NCBI GenBank assembly: GCA_012862495.1
Contig: BLSG01000162.1
Location: 1-35,524 of the forward strand
DNA: 35,524 nucleotides
From: Thraustochytrium aureum
Lineage: Eukaryota
Direction of reading: 5' to 3'
Part shown: positions 1 through 8,849 of the stretch, in pieces
How positions within the stretch are numbered: the stretch's first letter is position 1
Layout of the letters: every line of letters begins with the position of its first letter
The notes under the pieces: model-generated
Database searches by the model: none
The model's input: only the letters and a program-made list of their open reading frames with translations
Told to the model about the DNA's origin: nothing
Position numbers and translations under genes: made by a program

Positions 1-298
1 TGCCCTCGAGCGCGCCGCTCCTCGCGTCGAGCGCATCCGCTATCATCTAAAGTTTTCATGAACAAATTCGAAAAAACAACTCAATCATCAAAAGTTGATT
101 GAAATCCGCCTAAGTACCCCGCTATTCGCCGCTGTCCAAAACAAGACAGGGGCCAACAGCGCACAGCGTCCCTTGCCACAAGCACCCGCCCTGTCCCTCG
201 GTTGCCGTGCGCCGCCGACCGTCGTCGTGGAGGGCCCGGGGCAGCAGTCTGGCCTCTCTCCCTGCTGGCTGGCAAGCAGCCCCGCCGGCCCTTGAGCC

Positions 299-2338
299 AT
301 GCTGCCCGTGCGAAGGCCGACGCCGGCCCGAGCAAGGCCAGGCCGCGGACAGACACTGCGGTACGGCGTCAAGTTCGTGTTCGCCGGGATGGTGGCCCTC
401 TTCTTCCTAAACACCGTCATCCTGAGCTGGCACATGGACCGCAACGAGTTGTACAACAGCATCAAGGGCAGGCTGGAGTTGCTCAAGCAGAGCGTGCCGT
501 GGGCCAAAGCCGTGCGCGACACAGTCACAAACACCCCCAAGCTCGCGAGCGACGGCAGCAGACTCGCCGGCCATTCGGACGGGCACGCAGTGGTCCGCAA
601 CGCCTTCGTTAAGGAACCCTTGCCCGGGAAGCTCGCCGCGCCCAGCAGCACCAAGACACAAAACTTGGAGGACAAGCACGGCGGACTGCGCGACGCGCCA
701 GACGTGCCGGCGCACGCGTTCAGGTGGACAGAGAATTCCCGGAGCACCACTTTTGTCAAGTTAGAGGGCAACCGCTGGACCGAGCTCCACGACAACAAGC
801 CGGCTTTCTATTTTGTCGAGCGCAGGCTGGTCACCGACGAGGCTGGCAGGATGGCCGAGCTCTTCGACGAGTCGCGAGGCTTTGTCATAATGCTCGGTGA
901 ATTCCAGGCAATGTTCAAACAAACCGAAGGCGACGCCTTTCGCCACCTTTACGACGGGTCCTGGGAGTTTTACAACGGCAAACCTGTCGAACATGTCGGC
1001 GACCCCTCCTTGCCACCGCCCATCCATGTCGTGGGCGAGCCGAAAGACCAGACCATCGTTGTCATGCTCGCCGCTTACCGGGACCCGCTCTGCAGCAACA
1101 CCCTCTTTGAGCTTTTCCAGTTTGCCGAGTTTCCGGCCCGCGTTTCGGCGGTCGTTGTGGAGCAGAGGGCACCCGAAGATCCGGACTGCCTCGAGACGTA
1201 CTGCGAAATCGCAAGAGAGAACGGGGTACAGTGCCACCGCGACCGCGTCAAGGTCGACCGTGTTCCAATGGACCGCGCCCGTGGAGTAATGCCGGCTCGC
1301 TACAGACAAAATCTCCTGCTTGATGACCAGGAGTTTTGCCTCCAGATTGATTCGCACAGCGCGTTTGAGGATAACTGGGACTCGCTGGCGCTCGAGGACT
1401 GGATGCTCACAAACAACGAGATGGCAGTTATCACCGCGTATCCGAACCGTGTCGACGACCGCCACGACCAGCGCCACGCCCCGGCGCGCTGCTCCACCAA
1501 GTTCAGCACCGACCTGGAAGTCGTGCACGGAGGCAACTCGGCGCTCAATGTGCGGCCGGGCCGAACGCCGTTTTTGATTCCGTTTTTCGGGGCGGGGACC
1601 GGGTTTAGCAAGTGCCATGCCAACCTCAACGTGCCTTACGACCCGTACATGAGCCACCTGTTCGGCGGCGAGGAGTTCAACCGCGCCATCCGCCTCTTCA
1701 CGTCGGGCTATGACATGTACTCCCCCAAGCACAACTTTGTTTACCACTATTACGACGACGACAAGAAACCGAGCCGCGGAAACGTGCCCCGTCACCGCGA
1801 GTTCTTCAACATCCACGGCAAGCAGCGCAAGGTGCTTGGGTCGCAGACTACGGCTCGCTGGCGGTCCATCCTGGGCCTGCCGCTCACGCGCTTCAACCCG
1901 TACGTAACCTTTGAAGCCATGAGCCAAGCCAATCTCTTTGGGCTTGGGACTCGCCGCCGCTTTGAGCAGTACGAGTCCTTTTCGGGCGTCCACCTCGCCA
2001 AGGCCAGTGCCGTCTCAAGGTGCGACGATCTGGGCCGTCTCAAGTGGCAGGCGTATCCGCTGTCAGAGCCGTTCTACCCCTCGGGGCCCGGATGCCCGTA
2101 CCGGACTGCTCGGGAGATCAAGGCCAACTGTTGTACGACTTTGGCGGCGGTGGCGCCGTCTACTCGCCAGTTGCTCGATCTTGCAAATGACGAGCTCGCC
2201 GACAAGGTCAGCACTTCGAAGATGTGGCCCCGCCCCGAGAAGCCCCTGCCGTTTCTGTCGCCGCTCAACAACGGGGCGTACCCGCTTCCCTGCAAGCCGC
2301 CGCCGCCACTCGTACCACAGGGCGGCAGCAGCAGCTAG
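299..2338 (+). CDS. GT60-family alpha-N-acetylglucosaminyltransferase (Gnt1/Gnt2-like), type II membrane, probably Golgi polypeptide alpha-GlcNAc transferase
   Basis: 679-aa ORF with GC3-biased codons. A basic cytosolic tail precedes one hydrophobic anchor (FVFAGMVALFFLNTVIL). GT60 motifs present: TIVVMLAAYRDPLC, QIDSH, FGAGTGFSKCH, VPYDPYMSHLFGGEE, RLFTSGYDMYSP..NFVYHYY and FGLGTRRRFEQYE. Confidence 0.88.
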   Translation: MLPVRRPTPARARPGRGQTLRYGVKFVFAGMVALFFLNTVILSWHMDRNELYNSIKGRLELLKQSVPWAKAVRDTVTNTPKLASDGSRLAGHSDGHAVVRNAFVKEPLPGKLAAPSSTKTQNLEDKHGGLRDAPDVPAHAFRWTENSRSTTFVKLEGNRWTELHDNKPAFYFVERRLVTDEAGRMAELFDESRGFVIMLGEFQAMFKQTEGDAFRHLYDGSWEFYNGKPVEHVGDPSLPPPIHVVGEPKDQTIVVMLAAYRDPLCSNTLFELFQFAEFPARVSAVVVEQRAPEDPDCLETYCEIARENGVQCHRDRVKVDRVPMDRARGVMPARYRQNLLLDDQEFCLQIDSHSAFEDNWDSLALEDWMLTNNEMAVITAYPNRVDDRHDQRHAPARCSTKFSTDLEVVHGGNSALNVRPGRTPFLIPFFGAGTGFSKCHANLNVPYDPYMSHLFGGEEFNRAIRLFTSGYDMYSPKHNFVYHYYDDDKKPSRGNVPRHREFFNIHGKQRKVLGSQTTARWRSILGLPLTRFNPYVTFEAMSQANLFGLGTRRRFEQYESFSGVHLAKASAVSRCDDLGRLKWQAYPLSEPFYPSGPGCPYRTAREIKANCCTTLAAVAPSTRQLLDLANDELADKVSTSKMWPRPEKPLPFLSPLNNGAYPLPCKPPPPLVPQGGSSS

Positions 2339-3451
2339 TCGCTTCAGGAGCCAAAACAGCGCAAAAGGCTGCTTGCCAAACCGCTTGCCCCGTAGACAAG
2401 TTCACTGGTGAGGCGCCGCTCTGAGACAGCTAGCGCCAGCCTTAAAGGACGAGTCCACTTACTAGTACTTGCATCTGCGGGGCTCGCCCACCCACTCCAC
2501 ACCGGCGCCGTCTCCCCTTCTCTTGTTGCACTCGACAAGCAGGACGTCGAGTAGGACGTCGAGCGTGATCTGGGCTCCCTTGCGGCTTTGCCGCCCCCCC
2601 CACTCAGCTGACTCGTCTTCAGGCGCTGTCACGTGGACAATGAGAGGGCGTCGTCTGGCGACAACATGGACTCCGCAGACGTGGAAACAATGGTAAGGGA
2701 CGAGATCCCACGCGAGGGGAATGCAGCAATCCACCCAAGATGGACACTTTTGATTTTCGACAAGAGAGCTCAACTTCAAGTGACATTTCCCAACCGGGAA
2801 CGCCCCTTGTGGCGAGGATCGGGCGAGGTGCGAGCGGTTTACTTGCGGTGGCTGCTTTGGATACTGTGCTTGATCTGGATCGTTGCGGGTCAGCTGCTCC
2901 AATAGCAAGGCTAGACCAGCATGACTTGGCAGAAGGTGAAGCCTCCTTTGGCGCTTACTACTTCCGATGCGCTCCATGCACTGGTTGGCTGCAGTTCGTA
3001 ATCGTCTGGCATGGTCGCTTACTACTTGGCGTGATTCTGTGTAGCCTGGTATGGTCGCGAGCCAGGTCACAACACGTAGTCAATGCTGTCGACTCCCCGA
3101 GGAGGTTAAATGCGATTGCACGGGTCGAGTCCATGAGAAAGCCAAACACCGTCCAGCGCTGTAAGGAGCGTTGTGGCCTGCTGTTGGCCGAACAAGCCGT
3201 CTCAATTCCAGATCAGAAATTGCAGGGCGCCCGACTCGCAGAGCTGCGCACGCAGTACGTGCCTTCGAAATTCACGGAGCGACCGTCGTTCGTCGGGCCG
3301 CGCTTGGGAGACTTGCCAACGCGCCGCAACGTGGAAGCACAGCACAGTCACGGTACTCAAGGGTGTTTTCAGCTCAGACGGCAAGCCTATCTGCAGGCTG
3401 ATCCTGACTCCGCCGCTAATTTCGGGGCGAGGTGCTCGATAACGGCACCTC

Positions 3452-3919
3452 TCACAAAGAAAGCCCAAATACAGTCACGATGCACCCAATGGTATCATTC
3501 TCCCACGAGATGTTGAGCTGACCGTCAGACGATCCGTCCCAAAACATGGTGCTGCAGAGTTCAAGTCCAGCGCCCGCTGTCCTGTCGAAAATCACGGTCG
3601 ACACAATGTACTTGATGTTGCCGCACGCCTTGGTCAGCTCCCGCAGCGCCTTCTGGTTTATCGTCTCGACCCACTGGGGGACCTGAGCCGCCTTGAACGA
3701 CCTTCCATCCAAGGTGCCCAGCACGACGTGCTGCACCGTCTCCTCCGCCGTATTCGCGAACTCGTTCAGCGAGCACGCCAACTCCGGCGCAACGACGTTG
3801 CGCTGCAGCTCCTGCCGGCTCTCGTCCTCCGCTTTGCCCTCCGCCCTCCCGTCGGCGGGAGTCTCGGCCTTCGCCTCCCCTTCTTCCCCGGTTTGCGGCG
3901 CGTCGCGCGACCGCCCCAT
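3452..3919 (-). CDS. TCTEX1: Tctex-1 family dynein light chain (DYNLT-like) with a short acidic N-terminal extension
   Basis: 155-aa ORF with Tctex-1 hallmarks: VPQWVETI, KYIVSTVI, GAGL..CSTMFWDGSSDG, SWENDTIGCIVTVFGLSL-stop. Confidence 0.92.
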   Translation of the reverse strand: MGRSRDAPQTGEEGEAKAETPADGRAEGKAEDESRQELQRNVVAPELACSLNEFANTAEETVQHVVLGTLDGRSFKAAQVPQWVETINQKALRELTKACGNIKYIVSTVIFDRTAGAGLELCSTMFWDGSSDGQLNISWENDTIGCIVTVFGLSL

Positions 3920-3924
3920 CGCCT

Positions 3925-4320
3925 TCCGGCCTTGCCTTGGCGCCTGGATGCCTGGACGCCTGGACGCCTAGTTCGTGGATGTCTGCGAGGATGGCTGCGC
4001 ACCAGGACGCCGAGCTGCCCGGATGCTCGGCTGCCTAGACGTCTGCCTGGACGTTGCGCTCCCTGGACGCCTGTCTGGCCTGGCTGCGCGGCAGCGTGGA
4101 CGCCGCTTTGGCTGCTCTTCAACGCGCTGAGCGCCTGGCCTCGCGTCGGGCTGCCTGCCTGTCTGCCTGGCTGGCCTCGCGTCTGCCTGGCTGCCTGGCC
4201 GGCCTCGCGTCGGGCTGCCTGCCTGCCTGCCTGCCTGTCTGCCTGCCTGTCTGGCTGCGCGGCTGCTGGGCTGCTGGGCTTCCTGGCAGGCTGCCTGTTT
4301 GGCTGTCCTTTGGCTGTCCG
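3925..4320. repeat. Low-complexity degenerate tandem repeats (CCTGGACG units, (GCCT)n, duplicated GGCCTCGCGTCGGGCTGCCTGCCT) in the Tctex1/TMC divergent spacer
   Basis: Seen directly, e.g. gcctggacgcctggacgcc at ~3950-3968, gcctgcctgcctgcctgcct at ~4217-4236, and ggcctcgcgtc three times between 4137 and 4211. Confidence 0.8.
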
Positions 4321-4567
4321 GGCGCGTGGAGAGGTGGTGTGTGGGTTGGCCGCATTCGTTCGTAACGGCCTCTTTTCAGCGGGGCGCACGTGGGCATCGA
4401 GGCGGCGTCTGCGGCGTTACTGGGCACCGCCTGCGGCTGGGCGCCGGAGGGCTGAGGGCGCACTGCGCTCGCGGAGCGCGCAGTACGCCCTGCGCGGTGC
4501 AAGGCGCTGCGTCAGAGGTCGAACTGGGCTGGGCGATCGATCGATCGCCTGCGCGGACTGCGAGAGC

Positions 4568-7500
4568 ATGGCGAGACGGAAGGTTTATCCTGCCGGGCTC
4601 GGCGCCAATGCGGGCTGGGGCGACGAGGTTGGCGCTGCTGGGCTTGTTGTTGACGACGAGGTGTCCGGCAACGAAGAGGACGAGATTATCACGCTGGGCG
4701 AGCAGGACCTCGACGGGGCGGAGAGCGAAATGAGGTCCATCGCAGGCGGATTCGCGACCAATGGGATCCCGCCGTTCCGACATGGGCCGAGCGAGCTGTT
4801 CCAGGTCAACCACAGCGGCTCACATCGCGCAGAGGCTCGCGACGACAAGCGCGGGCGCGGGAGCACAATCCTCATTGAGGACGTCGAGGACGACGACCCA
4901 AGATACGCAACTACCGCGACCGCGCTAAATCAGGCTCCCGCATTTTTGGGGCAGGGGCACAACCAAGGCCCCGCAATTAGAGTGAGCCCGAGTGCCGCCA
5001 AACGCGACCAGGCGCAAGTCTCCGAAACCGCCAGTTCGCCTACAGACCCACAACGAGCGACCTTTGGTGCGCAAGGCAGAGCGATCCTTGCCGAGGACGA
5101 GAGCGAGGAGGACGAAGAAGGCGTTGACTTTATGGGGATCGACGACGGGGCCCAAGCCATTCTCGGCATCAGCGAGCTCCCAGGCGGCCGAGACCTGGTT
5201 ATGGACCCGGAGATCGAAAAAAAGGGTGACGCGCATGGCCGAGTTGGTGCAAACACTCAAATCTAAAAACAAAGAGCTCCGAAACAAGCAGCTGGAGCTC
5301 GTCGAGGCCAACACTGCGCTCAAGCGAGACCTGAAGCAAGCCGAGATCGAGAAGGACGAGGCCGAGCGCAAAGCCGATCGAGACCTGCAGATGCTGCAAT
5401 ACAAAACCAAGGGTGGCGTCGGGCCAATCCGAAACTCCAAAGCAGATATCGAGGCGCAGCGAAAGCGGGACGAGGCTCGACGGCAGATGTACTCCAACGA
5501 CGCGGACGCCTCCGACGACCTCCAAGTTATCCTCGGGCATGAAGGGAGCTCCAAGCACAGCGGTCGCCTCGGCCGCATGATGGCCAAGATTCGAGCGCTC
5601 GTGCTCAAGCACTACCCGCTGAGTCGCGATCTGCGACACATTGACGCGCGGTTTGGCAGCTCAGTGGCTTCTTATTTCCTTTTTGACCGCTGGATGGTCG
5701 TCAACTATATGGGCCTGTCCGTTTTGTGCATCATCTACCTCGTCAAGCACGTGCTCTGGCTCGTCTCCTTCCAGTCGCTCAGCGCCGCTGACAAAGTCGC
5801 TCGGTTCAACAGCGCCGGCGAGCCGCTCCCCTACTACGACTGGACCTCGGCTTCCTGGGGCCAGTTTAGCTCCTTCCTCCCAAAGTTCCTCATGCCTTCC
5901 AGCTTCAACCCGGGCGACACGGCGACAATCTACTTTGCAGACAACCTCGTGCCCGGTGTGCCCGTTCTCGATGCGGCAGGAAACGAAGCTAGTCCTCTCC
6001 CTTACAATGCCGCGGCCGAGCTCGGCGAGCGGATTGACTACACCGTGGTGCTCATGCTGAGCAACCTCATCTTGCTTGTATCCACAATGATCAAGTGGAT
6101 TCGTGAGGACCGCAAGGCCAAGGCGTTTGGGATGTTTGAGGAGGTGGACGCGCAATCGCGGTTTGCGCAAGCCTCTCTGAACGCTTGGGACCACAGCCTC
6201 CAGGACAGCCGCGAGGTAGAAGACCTGAAGAACTCGCTCCTCGACCAGTACTTTTTGATGGTGCACGAGCTCGAGACTGCCAATTTGCAAAAGAGCCGCA
6301 CTCTGAAAGAGCGAGCCTACCTTTTGGGGCGGCGGTCCCTGGCCAACCTGATCTATTTCAGCGTGCAGGGCTCTTCAGCGTACGCAATCGTTCTTCTAAC
6401 AGCACAGAGCTCGCAGATGAGCCAGCAGCTTTTGCAAGCGGTGGACAGCACCTCATCCCTCAAATGGCTCTCCCCAGTCGTGACCCTGGTTTCCGGCTCG
6501 ATTGTGCCGATCGCGGTGGCTGCCATTAACGCCGCGCTTCCGGCCATCGTGACCCAGTTGACCACGTTCGAGAGGTGGGATGACACGGGCTTTTACACAA
6601 AGCTGATGCTCTTCCGCCTATTCGTCGCGAAGAACTTTAACGCGCTCATCCAGGTGTTCTCCTTTCTGCAGCTCCTCGACCCCTACATGCTGAGGGGCAA
6701 CCCAACCTCGCCAATTATCAGCAACGACTTTGACCGCTCTACTCGCGTCAACACGGAGAAGCGATTTGTCAGCGTTGGCTCAACCTATGGCGCCATGGCC
6801 GGGCCGACCCTCCCGGGCGGCAACGCCGAGTGCCGCGCCGACCTGTACGGCGCGGGGATTTTCCAGCTCGTGCTGACAGACTTTGTGATCTCCAAGCTGA
6901 GCTTCTTGCTCATCCCGGCGGCAACGTACGCCGTGGCGCGGCTCCGCAAAAAGCCGTATGTGCGAGCGGAGTTCAACGTCGCCAAGCAGATGGTCAGCCT
7001 GCTATTCTACCAGCAGCTCGCGTTCCTTTCGCTTCCGTTTTTCCCGTTTGGCTCGCTCTTCATCATGGCGATGCTGTGGATCGGGTTCAAGGTGGAGAGC
7101 TATACGCTTCGCACCTTCATGGCCAAGCCGGCCAAGCCGTGGAGCGCCAAGGACGCGGCCAACTTCTTCATCAAGTTTTACTTTTTCACCTACGTGGTGA
7201 GCTGCGCGATCACCATGTACATTCTCAGCAACAAGACGCTGCCCAAGGCGTGCCCGCTGCAAGAGCACATTACCAAGGCAAACTTTAACGCAAGCGGAAC
7301 CAACCCGCTCGAGATATGCTACGTTTCCGCCGTCAGCACTGAGCCGACTTGCTTCCTCGAGCCGCGCACATTTGCTGCCACGCAGAACGGCCAAGGCCGC
7401 AGCCCTGGACTCGAGGAGCTGCGATTTTGGGAAGAGTACTTTGTCGCAGCGGACGCCACACTCGCAGCGAGCGAGCAAAGCGTGGTTCCAGCAACCGCTC

Positions 7501-7859
7501 TGCTGCGAGCGTCGTCCGGGTACACTTCGGCAGAGGCTGTTAGCGATCCGTCGCTCCTGGTTTGCAGTCTCAGTTGCGGCCCGTTTGCGTTTGTGGCGAC
7601 GGCGTACACGCCGTTCAACAGCTATATGACAGACACGCTCAAGGTGGCCTACTCGCTCATCACGCAGTCGCCGATCTTCATTTGGTCGATCACCATCCTG
7701 CTCCTGCTCCGCTACCTGTTCGTTAAGAACACCATTGGGGTGCTTAGCGAGCTGCAGGAGGAGAAGGAGCAGACGCTGCGCAACATTGTGGCGACCCTGG
7801 AGAGCAGGGTCCGCAAGCTGAAGAGCGCCATCGAGTCGGAGAAGCTGAAACAGACTTGA
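4568..7859 (+). CDS. TMC: Transmembrane channel-like (TMC) protein. The frame is broken by one base at ~5217-5226 (about 1096 aa if joined; 874 aa from ATG 5235)
   Basis: IDARFGSSVASYFLFDRW matches the TMC pre-TM1 motif (IESxFGSSVASYFLFLRW). Other matches: LTTFERWD..FYTKLMLFRLF, a divergent TMC signature (CRADLYGAGIFQLVLTDF), EFNVAKQMVSLLFYQQ..FFPF, KPWSA..ANFF and CGPF. There are about 10 hydrophobic segments. The upstream acidic ORF 4568-5266 has coding-like codon bias and joins by a +1 shift. Confidence 0.88.
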
Positions 7860-8585
7860 CTCCAGTTGGTTGGGTTGTTACTCTACGCGACGCTAACAGA
7901 CTTGATCCACGCCAAGTGGTTGGGTGTTACACTCTCCTGACTTGANNNNNNNNNNNNNNNNNNNNNNNNNNNNNNNNNNNNNNNNNNNNNNNNNNNNNNN
8001 NNNNNNNNNNNNNNNNNNNNNNNNNNNNNNNNNNNNNNNNNNNNNNNNNNNNNNNNNNNNNNNNNNNNNNNNNNNNNNNNNNNNNNNNNNNNNNNNNNNN
8101 NNNNNNNNNNNNNNNNNNNNNNNNNNNNNNNNNNNNNNNNNNNNNNNNNNNNNNNNNNNNNNNNNNNNNNNNNNNNNNNNNNNNNNNNNNNNNNNNNNNN
8201 NNNNNNNNNNNNNNNNNNNNNNNNNNNNNNNNNNNNNNNNNNNNNNNNNNNNNNNNNNNNNNNNNNNNNNNNNNNNNNNNNNNNNNNNNNNNNNNNNNNN
8301 NNNNNNNNNNNNNNNNNNNNNNNNNNNNNNNNNNNNNNNNNNNNNNNNNNNNNNNNNNNNNNNNNNNNNNNNNNNNNNNNNNNNNNNNNNNNNNNNNNNN
8401 NNNNNNNNNAGGATTCTCTAGCTATAGCCAGCCAGAGGGTACGCTACGCTAAAGATGGGAGGCGCGACCGCAAAAGAAAAGTGAAAGAAACGGCGCTGCC
8501 AAACCTACGATTAGGTCAGGCAGCGCCATCAGGACTTGATAATCTCCATTTGGTTGGGTTGTTGCTCTACGCGACGCTAAAAGAC
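7851..8585. repeat. Degenerate ~42-50 bp tandem repeat on both sides of the assembly gap 7946-8409
   Basis: The unit gacttga..cca(g/t)ttggttgggttgtt(a/g)ctctacgcgacgctaa(c/a)agac occurs at 7851-7901 and 8533-8585. A degenerate copy starts at 7897 and another starts at 7939, running into the gap. Confidence 0.75.
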
Positions 8586-8800
8586 GGGAGGTGCTGATCA
8601 AGATCAAGAGCTTCTTTTTGATCAAGAAAAAAAATAAAACAGGCGCCAGTTCGACACCCAGGCCCGACTCGAGCGTCAGAGGAACTCTGGGAGCAAAACG
8701 TTCAAGGACGACGCAGGCTGTACATCCTTCATCAGCGGAGCAAACATACGTAGTACAAGACGCTCGTTCTCGTTCTCAAGAAAAAAGAAACTGTCTTCTC

Positions 8801-8839
8801 GTTGTCGTTGTTGTCGTTGTTGTTGTAATTGTTGTTGTT
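8801..8839. repeat. Imperfect (GTT/GTC)n microsatellite in the dynein heavy chain 3' region
   Basis: gttgtcgttgttgtcgttgttgttgtaattgttgttgtt, starting about 10 nt past the dynein stop codon on the minus strand. Confidence 0.8.
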
Positions 8840-8849
8840 TGCAATCAGG

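Noticed and set aside
1..35. Imperfect inverted repeat tgccctcgagcgcg...cgcgtcgagcgca
   Set aside because: It is short, GC-rich and at the window edge, so it is expected by chance. There is no matching terminal repeat or target-site duplication.
3429..3454. Stem-loop (GAGGUGC...GCACCUC) directly after the Tctex-1 UGA, suggesting readthrough or selenocysteine
   Set aside because: The protein ends at the family-typical FGLSL, and readthrough would add only 11 residues after the recoded UGA. Eukaryotic SECIS elements are larger and have GA-quartet features not seen here.
3728..4567. 5' part of the 512-aa ORF 3728-5266 and the antisense ORFs through the repeat field
   Set aside because: They are open only because the repeats lack stop codons. 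They overlap Tctex-1 on the other strand and translate to low-complexity LPACL/RQAG runs.
7851..8585. Repeat units as a CRISPR-like array
   Set aside because: The units are degenerate and adjacent, with no unique spacers of regular length. No cas-like ORFs are present and the context is eukaryotic.
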